Position numbers and translations under genes: made by a program | Source: Eledone cirrhosa | Taxonomy: Eukaryota | DNA: 64,000 nucleotides | Assembly (NCBI GenBank): GCA_964016885.1 | Contig: OZ024742.1 | Location: 343,356,001 to 343,420,000 of the forward strand | Direction: 5' to 3' | Part shown: positions 62,647 to 64,000 of the stretch, piece by piece | Numbering within the stretch: position 1 is the stretch's first letter | Layout: the number at the start of each line of letters is the position of its first letter | Notes under the pieces: generated by a model | Database searches by the model: none | Told to the model about the DNA's origin: nothing | Seen by the model: only the letters and a program-made list of their open reading frames with translations

Positions 62647-64000
62647 TCATCATCATCATCGTTTAACGTCCATATTCCACGCTTGCATAGGTTTGGACGG
62701 GAGTTTTCCCACTTGAGGCAAGAGTGGTTGTCTTGCTCGCATAGGACTGTCTGGCGGGTTTTCTACGGCTGGATGCCCTTCCTAACACCAACCACATTTA
62801 CAGTGTGGAACTGGGAGGTTTTTACCGTGTTACCTACACGGCCCCATTACAGCGTGGACTGTGTGTTTTTTTGTCGTGACACCTACACGACCTCATTTGT
62901 TTCGGGCTGGATGTTGTGACCCCAACATAACTTTACATTGAAAGGGGTGGGGGTAGTGGGACGGGGGTGTATTTTGTTAGAGGTGCCTACTGACTGTAGT
63001 AGATTTCACTTTGCACTTAGGTAAGGCGGGTCTTCTCTATTACTGTGTAGCGCCAAAGCTCTTGGTCCAGTGACATTGTCTTGGAGAGGTGTAAGTGTGT
63101 GAGGTCGGAATTTATCAAGTCGTCCCAGGTTTTTCTGGGTCTGCCTACTCCGTGGCTACCGTCTATTTTTATTGCCCTGCACTTTTTTATACAGCTGTCG
63201 TCTTTCATGCGCATCACGTGACCATACCAACGTAGTCTTCTCTCGAGTAAACAACATCTGATCCCTCCTATTTCTAATTTCTCCCTTAGTTCGTTTATGC
63301 TTTGCCGTTCACGTATATTACTATTACATATCCAGCGGAGCATGCAAGCTTCGTTTCTCTCCAGTCTGCGTATATCCTCTGCACACAATGCCCAGATCTC
63401 ACTGCCATGTAACATTGCTGTTCGTATGCAGTCATCATACAGCCTGCCTTTCATTTTTAGAGAGAACTCTTTAGCGGCCAATAGTGGTATAAGCTCTCTG
63501 AACTTTTTCCATCCCGTTCTGACTCTAGCTACTGTACTTTCAGAGCACCCTCCTCCACTGCTGATTTTATCACCCAGGTAACGGAAGCTGTCCACTATTT
63601 CTATAGAACCATCTGTGCAATGGAATGAGTTAGTATTCTGTGGGCACTTGCTGCTACCAGAGCACCGGCCACATATAAAATCTATATTCTTAGTTAGCTT
63701 ACCTGTGATCCCACTACATCTTTTATGTACCCATACTTTGCATTTGGGACATAAAATGGAGTTTCTACCTACTCTGTTCCTACACACTGAGCATGGCCAT
63801 TTCCCAGATGGGACCGGTGCCCTATTTTCCTTCCTACAAACTAGAACTTTAGTCTTAGACAAGTTAACTTTAAGGCCTTTTGATTCTAGGCCATGCTTCC
63901 ATGTTTGGAATTTCTTCTCTAGTTCAGCCATTGATTCAGCTATGAGCGTTAGATCATCTGCATATAGAAGTTCCCATGGGAAGCCGGTCTTGAACTCCTC
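62647..64000 (-). mobile_element. RTE subfamily A, 3' part (runs off window end)
   Basis: ORF 63017-63931 with PHD finger and C-terminus IEKTRLT; 3' UTR and (GAT)n tail. Confidence 0.93.

Overview
AT-rich, repeat-dense animal genomic DNA. The SINE/RTE repertoire and microsatellite content suggest an octopod cephalopod (inference). The only confidently recognised host gene is a two-exon EXOSC8/Rrp43 (54447-54564 + 58886-59604). Positions ~1-20.5 kb and ~38.9-52.65 kb are two diverged copies of one segment with copy-specific transposon insertions. Mobile DNA includes many RTE LINEs whose RT carries an inserted PHD-type zinc finger (one near-full-length copy broken by a 10-nt deletion), a BovB-like RTE, CR1-type and R4/Dong-type fragments, two SINE families, a 2-kb non-autonomous LTR element with a tRNA-Trp PBS, Penelope-like relics, and several MITE/foldback elements. 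Signals not explained by the ORF track: (i) type I hammerhead ribozymes of at least three unrelated sequence families, including a complete one in a 464-bp retrozyme-like repeat (27879-27958, minus); (ii) a candidate unannotated gene with a promoter and micro-exon at 23.8 kb and three paralogous acceptor+exon units, the third encoding an (EVK[GS]TG)n repeat protein split by the LTR insertion; (iii) a ~1.2-kb inverted repeat enclosing a Penelope GIY-YIG fragment. All alignments and folds were read by eye, so boundaries are approximate unless a TSD or splice site is quoted.
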